A DNA stretch of 64,000 nt from Lytechinus pictus (Eukaryota): positions 22,694,001 to 22,758,000 of the forward strand of contig NC_087251.1 in assembly GCF_037042905.1 (NCBI RefSeq). Direction: 5' to 3'. The position numbers were made by a program, and so were the translations under genes. Below are positions 1 through 14,588 of the stretch, piece by piece; position 1 is the stretch's first letter, and the number at the start of each line of letters is the position of its first letter. The notes under the pieces were generated by a model. The model worked only from the letters and a program-made list of their open reading frames with translations. It was not told the origin of the DNA and ran no database searches.

Positions 1-252
1 CATTTCAAGGCTATGTGATGAAAAAGTATATGTAAAAAACTTTAAAAATGAAATATCATCACGGAGTCAGCTATGTGCGGCCCGCGTCTACACCCTTTTC
101 AACGCTTTGTCTGTTTTTTTTTTTTGTCACGCATGCGCATGTGCACAGCCACAGCAATATATTTGACTGCTCCAACCCCCCCCCCCCCCCAGGATATTAC
201 CCAGAATTTGTCTAATTTTACTTTCAAAGTGAACATAGATTCTACAACGTAC

Positions 253-508
253 CTGTATGTTGAGTTATCACAGGCCGCTGGGTCTCCTCCGGGCGATGAC
301 CCGTAGTCGTGGGAGTACCTCGGCGCGGTGATTCTTCAAACTTCACCCAACTTCTGCTGGAACCTGCGCCCACCTCTCCAGGACCAGGCTCAACAACCAT
401 AACGCCAGAGTCTTCTCTTGATTTACCTGCCAAGGGTAGGACTGGTCCTTTCCCAACAACATCCCTATCTTCGTCATCTCCATCGTCAAATGACACCCAG
501 TCAGACAT
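253..508 (-). CDS. First coding exon of a stonin-like endocytic adaptor; gene continues off the left edge
   Basis: ATG at 508 gives MSDWVSFDD...SWVKFEE, two WVxF AP-2-ear-binding motifs as in the stonin-2 N-terminus. Exon ends at a CAG|GTACGT donor (252). GC/CpG-rich context. The family call rests on short motifs only. Confidence 0.6.
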
Positions 509-1728
509 TTTATCTCAGCATTTCGAGTGATTCTTTGGCAGATTTACGTAAATTCTTCTCCAGACTCCACCGCAAATACTCGCAAACGTCTCTCTCGCGC
601 GCGCTCAGCGATAGAAGTAGGTAAGTTACACACACGTGTACGGTACGGTACGGTGGTGTCGCCTATCCTATGCGCCCATCACGGGGCGGGGCCAGTACCA
701 CCAATACCACCATCCCACTACCCCCACCACCTCAATCATCACCAATCACTATCACCCACCATCACCAACACTCACCATCAAAATAAATATGAATAAATAA
801 ACGATTTTAGTATTATTTTGAATTCGCTTTCCTCACACTGCTGGGTCATCACTCATCAAGCCCCAGTTGTCGGTTTCATTATGATTATCACAAAATTGAG
901 ATTAAAATTTACAGTTTTATTGTCCCCACCAGGGGAAAAGGGTAGGCCTACACAGCTAGGGGCTCTGGGCGATTTTGCCCCCGAAATACTCAAAAGACTG
1001 GAAAGTAAAAAAGGGAGCCCTGGAAAATTCCCTTTCATTGCAAGGTTAAAGCTTCCAATGTTGAAGATTTAGGCAGAAGTAGCCCCTGAAAATAAATAAT
1101 TTTTTTAATAATTTGCTAGCTGGTCCCCACCTTAAAAAATGATACCTTACCTTTTCTCGGGGGATCGTTAAAATTTGGATAGGGCCTATCATAGTTTTAT
1201 GTATTGCTAATTATATACCACCCCCCCCCCCTCAAAAAAAGGGGGACGGGGGTGGTGATAGCAACAGAAAGATGCATGCTGGAAGGGTGAGAAACCAGTC
1301 CGATCGGGCTCCCCCTGCATTTCTGTGAATTATTTATTATATAGGCCTATTTCTTACTGGGATTGACGGGTGTCTCATAGGGAGAAGCAGTGATATTGAG
1401 GTTCAATGGTAATTTAGACAGTCCTAGTAGAGCACCAGTGTATTTGGGGAGGGGGACAACTGAGATCGACCAACCCGTACTTTCTTATTTTCACGATGAA
1501 AATATTAGGAGTAGGCCTTTTCGATCCACAGCTATTTGACCCAGAAATCTTTTTTGATACTCTTATTTCTATCTTTATTTTTCTTCTACCCCCTAACTAT
1601 TTGAAAACTTGCGGATTTCGCCCCACCCAAAGTCGCGCAGTCCACTCCGCTCATATCTAATGATTTAATCCACCTTTCTGGCTCCGTCTCATCGCCCCCG
1701 CATGATTCGATTGGTGAGATGTGTATCC

Positions 1729-2232
1729 TATTAATGAGTCACTAAATGCAGTCATTAGCAGGTTCCTTTTCTGGTCAGTATATTAAAAATTTCAGCTCGC
1801 GCTTGCATTAATTCCTTCGTTAGATACACATCGTTTTCATGATTACAAAAACTGCTCGGAATGTTTAATTTTCATGTCTTATTACATGAAATATGAATGT
1901 TCAACAGTGCTCGTGATTGAGTTTTACTACTTTAGATTAAAAATTCCTCGCTTGCTCCACTCTCTCACAGAAAAAATATTAATGAGTCACTAAATGCAGT
2001 CATTAGCAGGTTCCTTTTTCTGGTCAGTATATTAGAAATTTCAGCTCGCGCTTCGCGCTCACATTAATTCTTTCGTTAGATACACTTCATTTTCATGATT
2101 ACAAAAACTGCTTGGAATGTTTAATTTTCATGTCTTATTACATGAAAAATGAATGTTCAACAGTGCTCGTGATTGAGTTTTACTACTTTAGATTAAAAAT
2201 TCCTCTCTTGCTCCACTCTCTCACAGAAAAAA
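1729..2232. repeat. Tandem duplication of a ~250-bp repeat fragment (1729-1976, 1977-2232)
   Basis: Both units run TATTAATGAGTCACTAAATGCAGTC...CTCTCACAGAAAAA with few differences. Confidence 0.85.
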
Positions 2233-2419
2233 TAAAGCTTAATTATATATCTTGTCAATCAGAAATCACTTCTATAAGGCTTTGCTCAACTTAATTACTA
2301 CAAAACACTCAATTACTTCACACAGATAATAATCTCATGGTGAAAATATATATCAGTGCCCCTTTTGCCTTTGTCCCACCCAAAACAGCCACGAAATTGC
2401 TGGTTGGATGTAAATACAA

Positions 2420-3170
2420 CAAGAAAACAAAGTGAAGATATAAAGAAAGAAAGGAAGGAAGGAAAGAAGAAAGAAAGGGACAAGGAGAAAGGAAGGAAGT
2501 TTAAAGGAAGGAAAAAGAGAAAGATGAAGAAAGTTTTTTGTAAAGAGAAGGAACGAGAAAGGGTAAGAAAAAGAGATAGAATTGAAAGATCACAGAAGGG
2601 AATTAAGGAAAGAAAGAAGAAAGCAAGAAAGAAGGAAGGATGAAAAGAAGAAGATAGGAAGGATGAATGAAAGCTAGTCAGACTGAAGAGAAAGAAAGGA
2701 AAGAACGGTGAAGAAAAGGCTTGACTCGGGAAACCTAAAGTGATGAAAGAAAGGGAGAAAAAATGAAGAAAAAGAAAGCAGAGCAAAAGCGAAATAAAGA
2801 AAGCAAAATGGGATATATAAAAATGAATGCAGGAATGAAGAAAAAGGGAAAGGAGCAAGAAAGAATGAGGGTGGGAAGAAAGCAATGAAGAAAAAAAACG
2901 AAAGGAAAATGGAGAGGGGGAAAGAAAGCAATTAATCAAGACAGCAAGAAAGAAGGTAGGATGGGAAAGGGGACAAATGTATGAGAGACAAAAGAAAGGA
3001 AGGAAAAATATAGAAATATAGAAAGAAGAGATAGAAAAAAATAAAAATAAAAGCATGATAAAGAAAGAGAAAATAGAAAGGAAGAAAATTTATTTAAAAA
3101 GAGTAGGAAGGAAGATAGCAAGAAATGAAAGAAAATTTCAAAAAGAAGAAATTTTCCCAAAGGAAGAATA
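2420..3170. repeat. Purine-rich (GA/GAAA) low-complexity tract
   Basis: Nearly pure A/G on the + strand; source of the spurious F/S/L-rich and K/E/R-rich ORFs. Confidence 0.9.
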
Positions 3171-4559
3171 ACATGGCTGATACAGATTTCTTAACCCTTC
3201 ATCAATGCTGCCTCTGCTTCATCTTGAAATACAAGATGGGCTTATTGAATCATATTAGCATGAAATGAAATAGATAATTATACTAATTTCTTAGCAGGTT
3301 TTTTTTCAGAATACCACTACCTTCACAGAAACTACTGGCTGTTTCTTTTTGTTTCCCTTGCAGGTGTTGTGAGATTGTTTCACTTTGATAGTAAATTAAT
3401 GTCATTAATTCCATGTTCTCTGTGTGTCTCTTTGCACTCACCCCCCTCTCTCTTTGATAGTTTTGATAACTTCTTACCAGACTTTCTTTAAAGTCTCTTC
3501 ATTTCCCCTATGTCTATGATCTCCTGTGCCCCATCCACCCTCCCCTTCACTCTCATACACAAAGACTGTGTGTGTGAGACACACCACACACTTTCGCCTC
3601 CCTCTGAAGACTAGCCATTCACAGAAACATAGCAATGTCAAAGAATGAATATGTCTTCAAACCCATCTCTGATAGCTTACAGTATAAGTTTAGTTCCTTC
3701 AAAGAACAAGAACATGGTTTGTGATGTCTAATCCTTAAAAAAGTGAAAATCCACAATATATTTTACAGCTGTCAATGTACTAGGCAATTTGAGATAGCTA
3801 GTAACATGACTGCTGAAAATTAAACCTAAATAAAAGCAAATCAAACACAAACCATCACTATTAGTCATATTAGTTGAATGGATCATATATAATTTTATTA
3901 TCAATATATTCATTAAAATATTGCTAATATATGTATTTACAAATTATTCAAAATCCATATTTGAATCAGTAATAAGACTTTCTGAACATCATAGCTCAAT
4001 AATAATAAAAATCATGAAAGCTGAAATATACATTCCATAAAATACACATCGTCACATTGATTATTGTGGCAAGTTAGCATGTATCACTAACATCATGCAG
4101 AACACACCCAGGTTTCATGGCACTGATTTCACATAAACAAAATTACACACAGCATATTCACCTGTTTTCTCATTGTGCATTAAAGTTGTGATAAGTTTGT
4201 AAAAACAAAAGAAAAGGTTAAAGGTCAATATTAAGTTTGTGCAAACTCCTATCAAAATCACCAAAAAATTGATATTCAGAGCTGCAATCGATCAAACACT
4301 AACTGCCACATTGCGAAGGTATTTGTCACAGTTCTTGTCAAGTCGCTCTACAAAAGCATTTGAAGAATTTTATTTTCTTTCAATAAAACAACATTTAAGC
4401 ACCCTATATGTACTTATTGAAAATCTGCTTAGTTAACACACTACAGTGACGAGTGTATGAATTTTCCATCTAAACAAAATTGTAGACATAGTTTTTTATG
4501 TTATGGTTGAAGTGTGGAAGTGTATAATGTGCAAAAAAGTAAAATAGGGTTGATTTGTC

Positions 4560-4860
4560 TCATCATATCTGAACATAATATCAGGTCTTTGCGCTCATCC
4601 ACTTCTGGCTTCCTTGTTATTCCAAAAGTTTCAAAAATCTGGGGGGAAAGATCATTTGCTTTTGCATTCCCCACTTTGTGGAATAGCCTTCCTGAAGACA
4701 TAAAAAATGTACCTCTGTCGAAACTTTCGAAAATCTTCTAAAAACTTTCTTATTTAACGCTTAGCTCTTTATGCGCCTTTATGCGCTCTTTATGCGCCTT
4801 GAGCACTCTACAGAGTGGATTTGGCACTTTATAAGTCACATTATTATTATCATTATTATA
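4560..4860 (+). mobile_element. 3' end of an L2/CR1-group LINE
   Basis: RSLRSS..LVIPK..GERSFAFAFPTLWNSLP is a typical LINE ORF2 C-terminus, followed by GCGCCTTGAGCAC and an (ATT)n tail. Confidence 0.75.
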
Positions 4861-6420
4861 ATGACTCATGAATCATGATTCAACATTGTCAAAAAGTACT
4901 GTGAAAATTGGTTTGAATTAGTCAAAGTAAGGACTTAAAAGTAAACCTGAAAAGCAATTAGATTCATTGTTTGTCAAATATAATGTAAATAACATGTTTT
5001 GCTTGAAAATGTACGCCTAATGAAATTGATTTATTACTAAGAGTTACACTCCAAGATGATGTCTTTTTGAGATAGCAACAATGCTTCAAATATTTGCAAC
5101 TGAATAACATAACTCTGTCACATTGTAGTAGAATGCATAAACAGTTAACTTCAATAATCAACAATGTAATTTTGTCTACTTTATATTATCATCAAACGAT
5201 GAAACTTTGAATTTGAACTGAACACAATGACTTAATTTTGGCCTAACATGAAATGGTGCTGTAATATAAGCATGAATATAGTCACAAACGTAGTAAGCAT
5301 TTTTTTTTCTCACAGACAAATGATAGTAGGCTTAAAATGAAAGTGAATACATAATCTACAAAGTTTCATGTACGTACATTAATCAAGTAGTGCTGGTTGA
5401 TATGTGATTAGTTGATTATTGCCAGCAAAATACTGCTGATAACATAATATATCGCCGAGTCTGTGAGCTACAATTCTGTGAGAACAGGGAAAGGGGGGGA
5501 TGAAAATAAGTCTTCATCAGTGCTTGTCCTTCAAAAGCGGGCATTTGGGTACCAACTTCAGAAGATTCTGAGTTAGTTTAAAGCAATAAAGAGCAGCATT
5601 TTTGTCAATGAATAGTGATTAATTTTCCATAATCAAAATATTGCCAAGCAATATAATCCAGCATTAATCATCAACATGAGAAAGTATTTTTTTTAATTAG
5701 AGGAAATGAATGAAAAAGTACTCAAAATAACTATCGAATGTCAACAATCAAAGTTTAACAAGTAGATGGGAAAGTTGAAACTGTGAAATGTTAAGATATA
5801 CTAGGGTGTGTTTATGCTTCCATTGCTAAGACAGAATCAGCATTTTCAAACACAGTTTCAGAGCGCTGATTGCTGATGTGGTTCTGGGAGTGCCATTTAT
5901 ACTTAATTTTTCAGAGGCAAAATCACAATCTGCAGCTGGCTTCGCATCATAATATTCATTTAACGGGAAAGTGGGGTCAAATTGGGTGCACCATTTTTAG
6001 ATTTATATTTCTGAGTGTTGTTATATTCGACTATTATTTTAACTTCGAAAAATGTCCAATCTTTATTTGCATGGAGCGACTTGACATAGCCATAGAATTT
6101 CCACCATGATGAGGATAATAGTAAGACAAAATAAATTACATAAATATACATAATATAATCTGCGTTCTTAAACATCATTTAAATGAAAATAAGCATTGAC
6201 CCCAACCGCGATTTGAACCAATCACGTATGACAACACTGATTCTGGCCTGAAAATTCGAAGCATATTAGAGGAGTGACAAGTTGTACGTATTATGCAATA
6301 TTGTTTTCCTAGCTGCTCCATCAGTTTATTTCCTGTCATATCCAGTATCTAAAATTACAGGTGATGCCTTCACATCTCTATGAAAATTCTTCATTGTTGT
6401 TGATCATACCTTGTCTTGGT

Positions 6421-9400
6421 TCACAAGCTGATACGTTCTCCTTTAACCAGTCTTCCTTTGATGTACCATATGTCCTGAGTTTTGGAAGAAATTACAAATG
6501 TTCTTTATTCTTAATTGCACACAAAATCAACAGCATTTAGCAGTAATGAAGCATATTCTGCTCATGGTATTATATTTCTTTTAGGGAAATTTTGTTTCCA
6601 CCATTGGAAGCAAAAAAAATACACATTTTAAGTTTATATTGGAAATCACAAAACAGTGAAACTGAAATTTTTTTATGATTAAAAAAGGCATGAAAATACT
6701 ACAGTAAAATTGTGGGAAATGGAGAACAAAACAAGTACAAGAGTGACATCACACTTACTTTTTTCTTACATACATGTAGGTAATGACAAAATTCTGCACA
6801 ATGGATGTGGAGTCATGCAATGCCTTGCATTCAATATTGAAAGCCAAAAATTAAGTCAATTTAGTTCTGGTCAATAAACCAGATACAACAATATGGCGAT
6901 TCTTTTTTCTACCAGTCTACTGATTTGGTTTGATTATGAGATCTTTGTTTTTCAATCTCAAAAGTTGATTGGAAGATACTGTTTTGTTTTATTTAATATC
7001 AGTAATGAATGTAAAAAGGGAGTAGCCTAGATAGGCCAATGGCTCTTTGTTACTCCCTCACATCCCATTCATTACTCTATGTTTTTTCTTATTTTTTGTC
7101 TAAATTTGTTGTTTTTAATATATTGCATTAACTCACTATGTATTGTACCCTGTTTTTAAGAGATGTGAAATTAATGAATTTGAAAATATGAAATATGAAA
7201 TTAACCTTCGTTTACAGACTTCATAATCAAATCAGTGTTCCATGCAACTACATTCCTTAATCATTAAAAGTGACAGTTACCAATCAATTCAATTTCAGAA
7301 ACAGGCTGAAGAAAATATCATATCATAAACCATATTATTTTTTCATAGGCAAATACTATGCCAATGTATTCAAGCAGGTTAAGGTTCAGATTATTCACTT
7401 CACATGAGATTCAATAATTAGCAAAAGTAAAATTTATCAAGTTTCATGAAATATGAGTAGAACTGACCTTGATATCTACTTCTACTTCTTCTCCCAATCT
7501 CTTCTTCACAAGCTCATGAACTTCATTTGCCATATTGGCCTGTGTTGTTCCTTCAACATCAATGTAATGGCAGTTTGATGATGCATAATGACAGGATATT
7601 GCCTGCAAAAGGAATCATATACATAATTCATACAAGTAAACAATATCAGTTATATTTCAAATGTGTTTTGGTGGAGGTTTTGTATGTTTGTGTTTGTGGT
7701 CATCCTTTTTTGCCAGTGTCAGCTGTCACTGTGGATTATGTCTAATAAATCATTTCCATTACATCAATGTAAAAGTTTTGTTTTTATAATCATTATCAAT
7801 ATTAATATCAATATTATTATCCTAAACATCATCTTTATCCGCATCTTCCCCTCTCCTCCCCCTCCATAACCATCATCCTTATAATCATCAGCATCCTTAT
7901 CTCCCCCTCCTCGCTACAACCCCTACATCATTAACATCATACTCATCATTACAATCACCTTCATTATCATTACCATCATCATCTACATCATCATCATCAT
8001 CATCATCATCATCTACATCATCATCAACAACATCTGCATCATCATCATCTTTATGATTTCTTCCAATGTATACCTTCCTGAATCCATTTGTTTTATTAGC
8101 TCCAGATCCATGAAGCAAGAGAGGATGAAAGAAGACCGTATCACCTTTCTCCATCTCAAGATGAACCCTAGGAGCAGATTCATCAAAGTCCAATATACCA
8201 TGGTACATCTTGTTAACACCTCCCTACACAAAAATAAAACAAATTGTCATTATTCTCCTTCTCTATCAGCCTGTCAATGTGCATACATTGTAGATGGGCA
8301 AGGGCGACTGGATCGAATGACAGGGATGATAATAATCTTTACGTGCTTTAATAATACATGATAGCCCCATCAGGCTCCCCTCATTCCTTTGCATTTTCTT
8401 CAGTCATACAAAATTGTTTGTTGTACTGTTAACCTATTTCATTCATTATTGTTCAAATGTATCTGATAACTGCTCATTTGAATGATGTAAGTAATCATTT
8501 AGACCCATATTTTTATTAAGTCCTTAACATTTTATTCAGGCTCATCTTTGATTAATACTCTGAGGCAGCCTTAACCCTAACTTACCTGGGGGGGGGGGGG
8601 GGGCGGAGCCTTTTCACATTTTTGTGGTATACCCGCTATGCAAATTTGTTTTACTGCGCCGCTCGCTGACTTTTTACCTTCAAGTCTCGCGCAACTTTGG
8701 AGACCAAATTTGTGATGCCCGGGAAAGCGGTTACAAAATTATGCAACATTATGTAAGCACATGTCAGACCGAATTGCTAAAAAACGTAATCATGTGAAAA
8801 GTTAATAATACAAAATCTGTTTCATCTAAAATTCATAAATGAGTGATTATTCTCACTTTGATTGACAACAGTTACTTGATAAGATATTATTTATGACTGA
8901 AATAATGTCCTCGATCAATTTTGTCAAAAAACAGTAAAGATAAAGAGATGAAAAAACAAAGAAATACGTAAGGAAAAAAAAAACAAAAAACAATAAAATA
9001 CATAAGAAATTGATTTTGGTAGCATAATTTTTTTCATTTGTAGTTGTTAGGAATGCCACAAAGAATATTTTCACCAAAAATTAGCTTTCTAGGAGCTTTA
9101 TTTAGTGAATTAGAGCAAAAAGCATTTCATGAATAAATTAATTCAAATAAAAAAATAAAAATTTTGTGCAATTTACAACGTACCTATGCAATGGCGTAGA
9201 TTATGTCTTTCTCTACCTTCGTGCACATTTTTGTCGTCATCATGCGATCCGTGGCTGAGATCTTAGAAGGGAGGGGCCTTTAGCCCCCTCCCTAGGACTT
9301 TAAGCTCACAAAATAGCTCAGGTAAGTTAGGGTTAAATTGAAACCCAAACCTGCAGCTCTAATTACTATTTTCTTCAATTTTTCACATTATGCAAAGGTT

Positions 9401-12400
9401 ATTTTTATAAAACAATTACATGAAGGTTATAAAAAAACTTTAAAAAAAAACATTCTTTACATATTTGGACCATGAAGTGTCATTGTAAATTTACCCATGG
9501 ATGTAAGAAACATCCCATGAAAATTTAATGGCTTGTGCATACCTCCCATTTAGGATAATCATGACTCATTAACTGTCCCTTGTGTGATCCTGGAACAACC
9601 ACAAGACATCCGTTCTGTCTGTGTACTTTCTCCATGGCTGTCCAGGAACACACAATGCTTTCGGCTGGACGGAATGGGAAGTAATGTAGATCCTGATGCA
9701 TGGGATGTCTTGAGGTCTTGCTTCCTAGGAAAAAAAAATTATATCACACTTGGTTTCTATATAATGTAATCAGAAGAATGTCTGAGTGCTCTCCATGGAA
9801 CTTGGTAATGTTGGCTGATACCATACCAAGAACACATACAGTGTTTTTAAAATCAACCAAATACATTCCCAATGCTCTAATAATCATCAGGTTATTAACC
9901 CACGGAGGATCACCCAAAAGAATTACTGAACAGAGTCACATGTATTACAAGACACCCTTAAAACTGTTGAATTTGCAATTTTATTTATCATTTAATGAAA
10001 TTGATTGGTAAAATTTATATTTCATTCATATTACTCAATGAGATTTCCCTGTACATGTATTCTTTACATCCTACACAAGTGTAATCACTTCCCAAATGAA
10101 GATATTTTAGGTCTGACAATAGTCTAGGCCAATATTTTTTGGGAAAATATACATTAAAATTTAAATATGAATAAACACAAGAATCACATTTTTTCATAAT
10201 CTTGATTTTTTTAAACTCCAAAACATACCCAATCTATTAATACAAATCATTTGAGAAATTGTGTAAAAGCTATTGAAACAGTGGGCAAAAGATATGTGAA
10301 CTCATATTGAAGTCATTTTAGAATGACTTCAAACAGTTGTGAACTTTGATGTTTATTTATCTTTGCAAAGTTGACATGAATAGAGTGGCAACATTGAGCA
10401 AAAACAGTTATACTGCCTAACTAAATGAATCAAATTGTGACTGTTTCATCAAAACATACTTATATATCTACAGAGTGAGATCAAGTCTCAACTAGAACCT
10501 TTTGTCCTTATCTGACATCTACATTATTTGTTTACCTTGAAGTTAAGCATGAGGCCTTAACTAATATTTTCCTCTGACTTCTACATCTCCCTTTAGATTT
10601 TGTATCAAAATAACCTTTGAATTTCTTCTCTATTTCTAATCATAACTAGTATTACTGTCATTTACTACATCATTTTACTAGAATACCAAAGTGTGATGTC
10701 ATCAATCTTCTACATTTTGTTTGCATTTCACCATTTTCATGACCATAATTTAGTAGAGCATGATGAAACAATTATGCAAGTTGTACAGATGGACTTGTGA
10801 AAATAATGATTTCACATGACTTTATAAGCAATGTTGTATGATGTGATGATTTTGGTGGTGTATCTCAGACAATTTTTTTTTAAATTGTTAATTTATTATT
10901 TAAACAATTTGATTGAGTTGGTAAACACAAAGCTCTTGCCCCTAGAACATTTGTTGTTGTCTCATTTCCCATTGATTTACGAGAAATACAAACACAAAAT
11001 ATTCTTCAGTTTTGTTGCTTAGCCTAGTCAAACCCTGACTTAACAAGCCTTTAGCCCTAGGTGTAATTACTCACCTGGATCTGGGGGTTTGTTGATAAGC
11101 ATTGTATGCATTGCCATGATATCAGGTCCAGTAAAACACTCTACATATTGCAATATCTGAAACAACAAAGTCAAAGTACACTGGTTCAAAGTAACAATTT
11201 TTTCTCCTTGCAACATCAGATAACAATGTAGGTACTTAGTAAGAAAAGTTTGAAAGTTCAAAAAGGTTGATTGAATCTGTGACAATTGATAAGACATTGG
11301 TTCAAAATCCACTGTTATTGCTATTTTACCAATCATTGTGCTGTTATTGTTTAGTAATTTATTTTCCTTCATTTTTTTTAAAGCACACCAGTCACAAATA
11401 ACAAGTCAATAGAAATTTAATATTTTGCGACCTCTCCTTCCTCCAGAAAGTCTGGAAGAACTATTGAATTATTTCCATGTCCATATGTTGTATCTTTCTA
11501 TCAAAGTTTCATAGTTTCCTATAGATTATGTCTATGTTAGGTCACTGACGAATCACTTTGTCTAAGGTCCAGTAATTGGAAATAGTTGAAAGTGATATCA
11601 GTTATAGAATTAAAATCATAATTGATACTCACCTCTGGCAGACAACAGTATGAGAATAAGACTTCATTGTCTTGAAAGTCTTGGAGTTTATTTATTGCTC
11701 TTTCACCATTAGCTGTTCTGAGGGCGACATCCTTCATGATTGTCATAGAACGTAGTCTCTTTTGCCCTTCACAGATTTTATCAAACTCCTTCCTGTATAA
11801 AAATGAATCATACATGTATATCATAAGTCACGACTTGTCTTACTCATCTTTATGCAGGGGCCGCGGAGCGGTTTTCAAAGTGGGGGGGCTGAGCCAAAAG
11901 TGGGGGGGCTGACCATGCTAAAAATCACAATCATATGGTCATTTTTACGTTTTTGTACACGGTTTTGGAAAAAAGTGGGGGGCTGAAGCCCCCCCAGCCC
12001 CCCCCCTCCGGTTCCGCGGCCCCTGATATGTATGTCACAAAATCCAAATGTCACTTTGATAGTCATGAATCTATCTTACCAGAAAAAATATTGAATATTT
12101 CACATAATATGGATCAAGAAAATGGCACAGACTATTGTGTGCATGCAGATATATACTAGATGCCATGTAAAATGATTAAAATTCACTCAAAGTATACATC
12201 TCCCAAAGATCTCATGTACTTTAAAAACCATACAGCATACATGTAAATTAGGCCTGGGTCGAAACCGACGGAATACCTGAATCCGTCCGATGTGTGCGGG
12301 TTCCACTTTTGTTTTTTCTGTTCCGGTATTCCGATTAAACAATGAAATACATAACAAATATTTTAACATTTTCTTCTTCTGAATATCTTAACATAATTAT

Positions 12401-14207
12401 CGAGTATGTTTTATTCAGTCTCACCAATCATAACCCAGGTTTCTTTGTTGCATTTTAGGTGACCACCAAGAAAAATATGATGAGAAGACCGTAAGACGGG
12501 AAAAAACCTGCCGATGTTTATATGGGCATCTTGTTCTCTTTGTTAGCAGCTAAGCTACGAGACGCATATAGAGGGCGGCAGACTCTATATGCATCTCTTA
12601 GCTACTAACAAAGAGAACAAGATGGCCACATAAACATTGGCAAGTTTTTTTCCCGTCTTCTCATAATATTTTTCTCGTTTTTTTAATGAAAGTTTGTTTA
12701 AAAATGAAATCAATATTGTACAATCTGTGACTTCTTTGTACTTCCCTATTTGTGAATTCATTTATCAGGATACTGGATTCCAACCGGCGCAACACCGGCG
12801 GATTCCGGAAGACCGGAACAAAAAATACTGACATGACTAAGGCCTAATGTAAATTGGAGAAGTTCCATCACACAGGCAGTGCTGAATATTTCACCAGTGG
12901 TTTGTTGCAGGAAAAAAACTTTTGACAAGATGCTAAGGGCAATCTTGCACCAAAATGTTAACCCATGTAGGCCTGTACTCTCTCTACACTAAAATTAAAA
13001 TGGGAAATAGCATTACATGTAGGATTATTTCAAACCATTTCCATACCCATATCCATCCCTCTAACATTTGAACAATTCTTCTTGTGGATTTCATGAAATA
13101 TTATCTTTTTAGAGGGAAATTGATTTACAACTGCGATCGGAGTTTTTATTTTTATTTTTTTTCTTGCTTGAAAGTGTTGCATAACTTTGCACAAACTCAC
13201 ATCTCAAAAGGTAAATATCTATCGACCAAATGTAAGAGGAACCTTATCAGATTCACATGATATAGTGCATCTTTCTTTTATTCAATGAAATGACGAGTAA
13301 ATGAACAAAATATTGACATTCAATCAACAAGACTCTTCTTTATGTGTATTTTGGATGTCCCAAGAAATCTAAAGTTCTGAAAAGGATCTGGGAAATGGAA
13401 ATAATTTCCTAAAAAGGCATGATACATAGTCATTGCTATTTTAAAACAAAATTAACTACCATATTTCATTTTAATGGTACTTGTATAACACTGCAAACCA
13501 TCTTCGATTAATACACTATATTATGAAATCACTTAAAATTCCAATACAAAACACAGTTACACATTTTAATTATTTGTCAGCCAATGTACTACTGTAATTA
13601 TTTATAATATAGCACCTCTATTGATGAATGTTTAGTAACTTTGGGGCAATTCCATAAAATATGTACGTCCGACCCCTATATGTGGGAACTTCATGAAATT
13701 TTCTGTCTCTGATTTCTTGTTCTTTTGATAGTCTGTATTGTTCTCAAAGGACCATGACTTGGTCAGTTTATGAAGTGAAGTAAGACTAAAGAAAAATGGG
13801 GGTCGGACATACAAAAAGGTCGATTATTTTATGGAATTGCCCTTTGGTAACTTTAATTTGGTTTGAATCACTGTTCAAACACTTCGGATGAGCTTTCCAC
13901 AAAATTATTTATCCTCCAATAAATTGGCAATTTGAGTTGTTTTCTCACAAATTACAATAATAGATATATTCCCCACACTCCAAATTCCAATGCATTCATA
14001 TCCACAAAAAAAATTGTCATTGTTTGTACAACCTTACCTGTACATATCAATTTTGTGATGAGGTACAAGCTTGGGGATAACCAAGAAGCCATTATCCTGG
14101 TATGATTTCTCCTGTTCTGCTGTCAGAATACTGTTCTTCAGGACATACTGAATTTCATTTGACAGTACTGCTTGAAGTGACGAGCCAGAAGATGCTTGCT
14201 GTTGAGT
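6421..14207 (-). CDS. PHYH: Phytanoyl-CoA dioxygenase, peroxisomal (5' coding exon not located)
   Basis: complement(join(6421..6474,7468..7602,8074..8223,9543..9724,11075..11156,11633..11792,14038..14207)), all GT-AG and in phase. Peptides [39 protein letters not shown] (HxD iron ligands), [29 protein letters not shown] and [17 protein letters not shown] match PHYH as I recall it. Confidence 0.95.
7860..8050. repeat. (CAT)n degenerate microsatellite in a PHYH intron
   Basis: CATCATCAT runs; explains the poly-Asp and poly-Met ORF tails. Confidence 0.9.
8575..9332. mobile_element. piggyBac-like MITE
   Basis: TTAA|CCCTAAC...GTTAGGG|TTAA; interior homologous to 37864-38631. Confidence 0.8.
11855..12025. 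mobile_element. Small MITE with CAGGGGCCGCGGA TIRs (hAT-like ends)
   Basis: CAGGGGCCGCGGAGCGG...CCGGTTCCGCGGCCCCTG; no clean TSD seen. Confidence 0.7.
12249..12846. mobile_element. hAT-type non-autonomous element with an internal ~200-bp hairpin
   Basis: TAGGCCT...AGGCCTA termini with a perfect 8-bp TSD ATGTAAAT (12241-12248 / 12847-12854); long inverted repeat at ~12470-12676. Confidence 0.85.
13644..13842. mobile_element. MITE with GGGCAATTCCATAAAAT TIRs
   Basis: 17-bp TIRs; second copy at ~42497-42695. Confidence 0.8.
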
Positions 14208-14588
14208 CTGGAAACAAATTAATAAACACACTTAGTTAAAGTATGTCACTCAAAAGATAAGTATTCAAGAAGTTGATTACATACCATACTTATTACTGAC
14301 AAAAGTGCAGTGACCGTCATAGATTTATCAGTTTTCATTGAATGATTCTTTGTTGAAAATTCAAATCGAATTTTAATAAAGGAATCCAACTCAGGCACAA
14401 ATTTGTTTGAATACAAGAAAAGAAAATTCAGAGAAGCAAATTAGTGAAAGTTTGGATAAAAATTGTACAAACATTACAGAAGAAATGAAATTTTAAAAGT
14501 TGTGCAAAGAAAAGCTAAAGCTGGGGACTTGAAATTGGCCACATCTAAAGTTTATGTTAAAGGCTAATCTTAACATGGGTGATCATTA

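Noticed and set aside
2313..3160. 247-aa and overlapping hydrophobic or charged ORFs
   Set aside because: Translations of a GA-rich low-complexity tract.
7897..8073. Poly-Asp C-terminal extension of PHYH
   Set aside because: Read-through past the GT donor at 8073 into a (CAT)n microsatellite.
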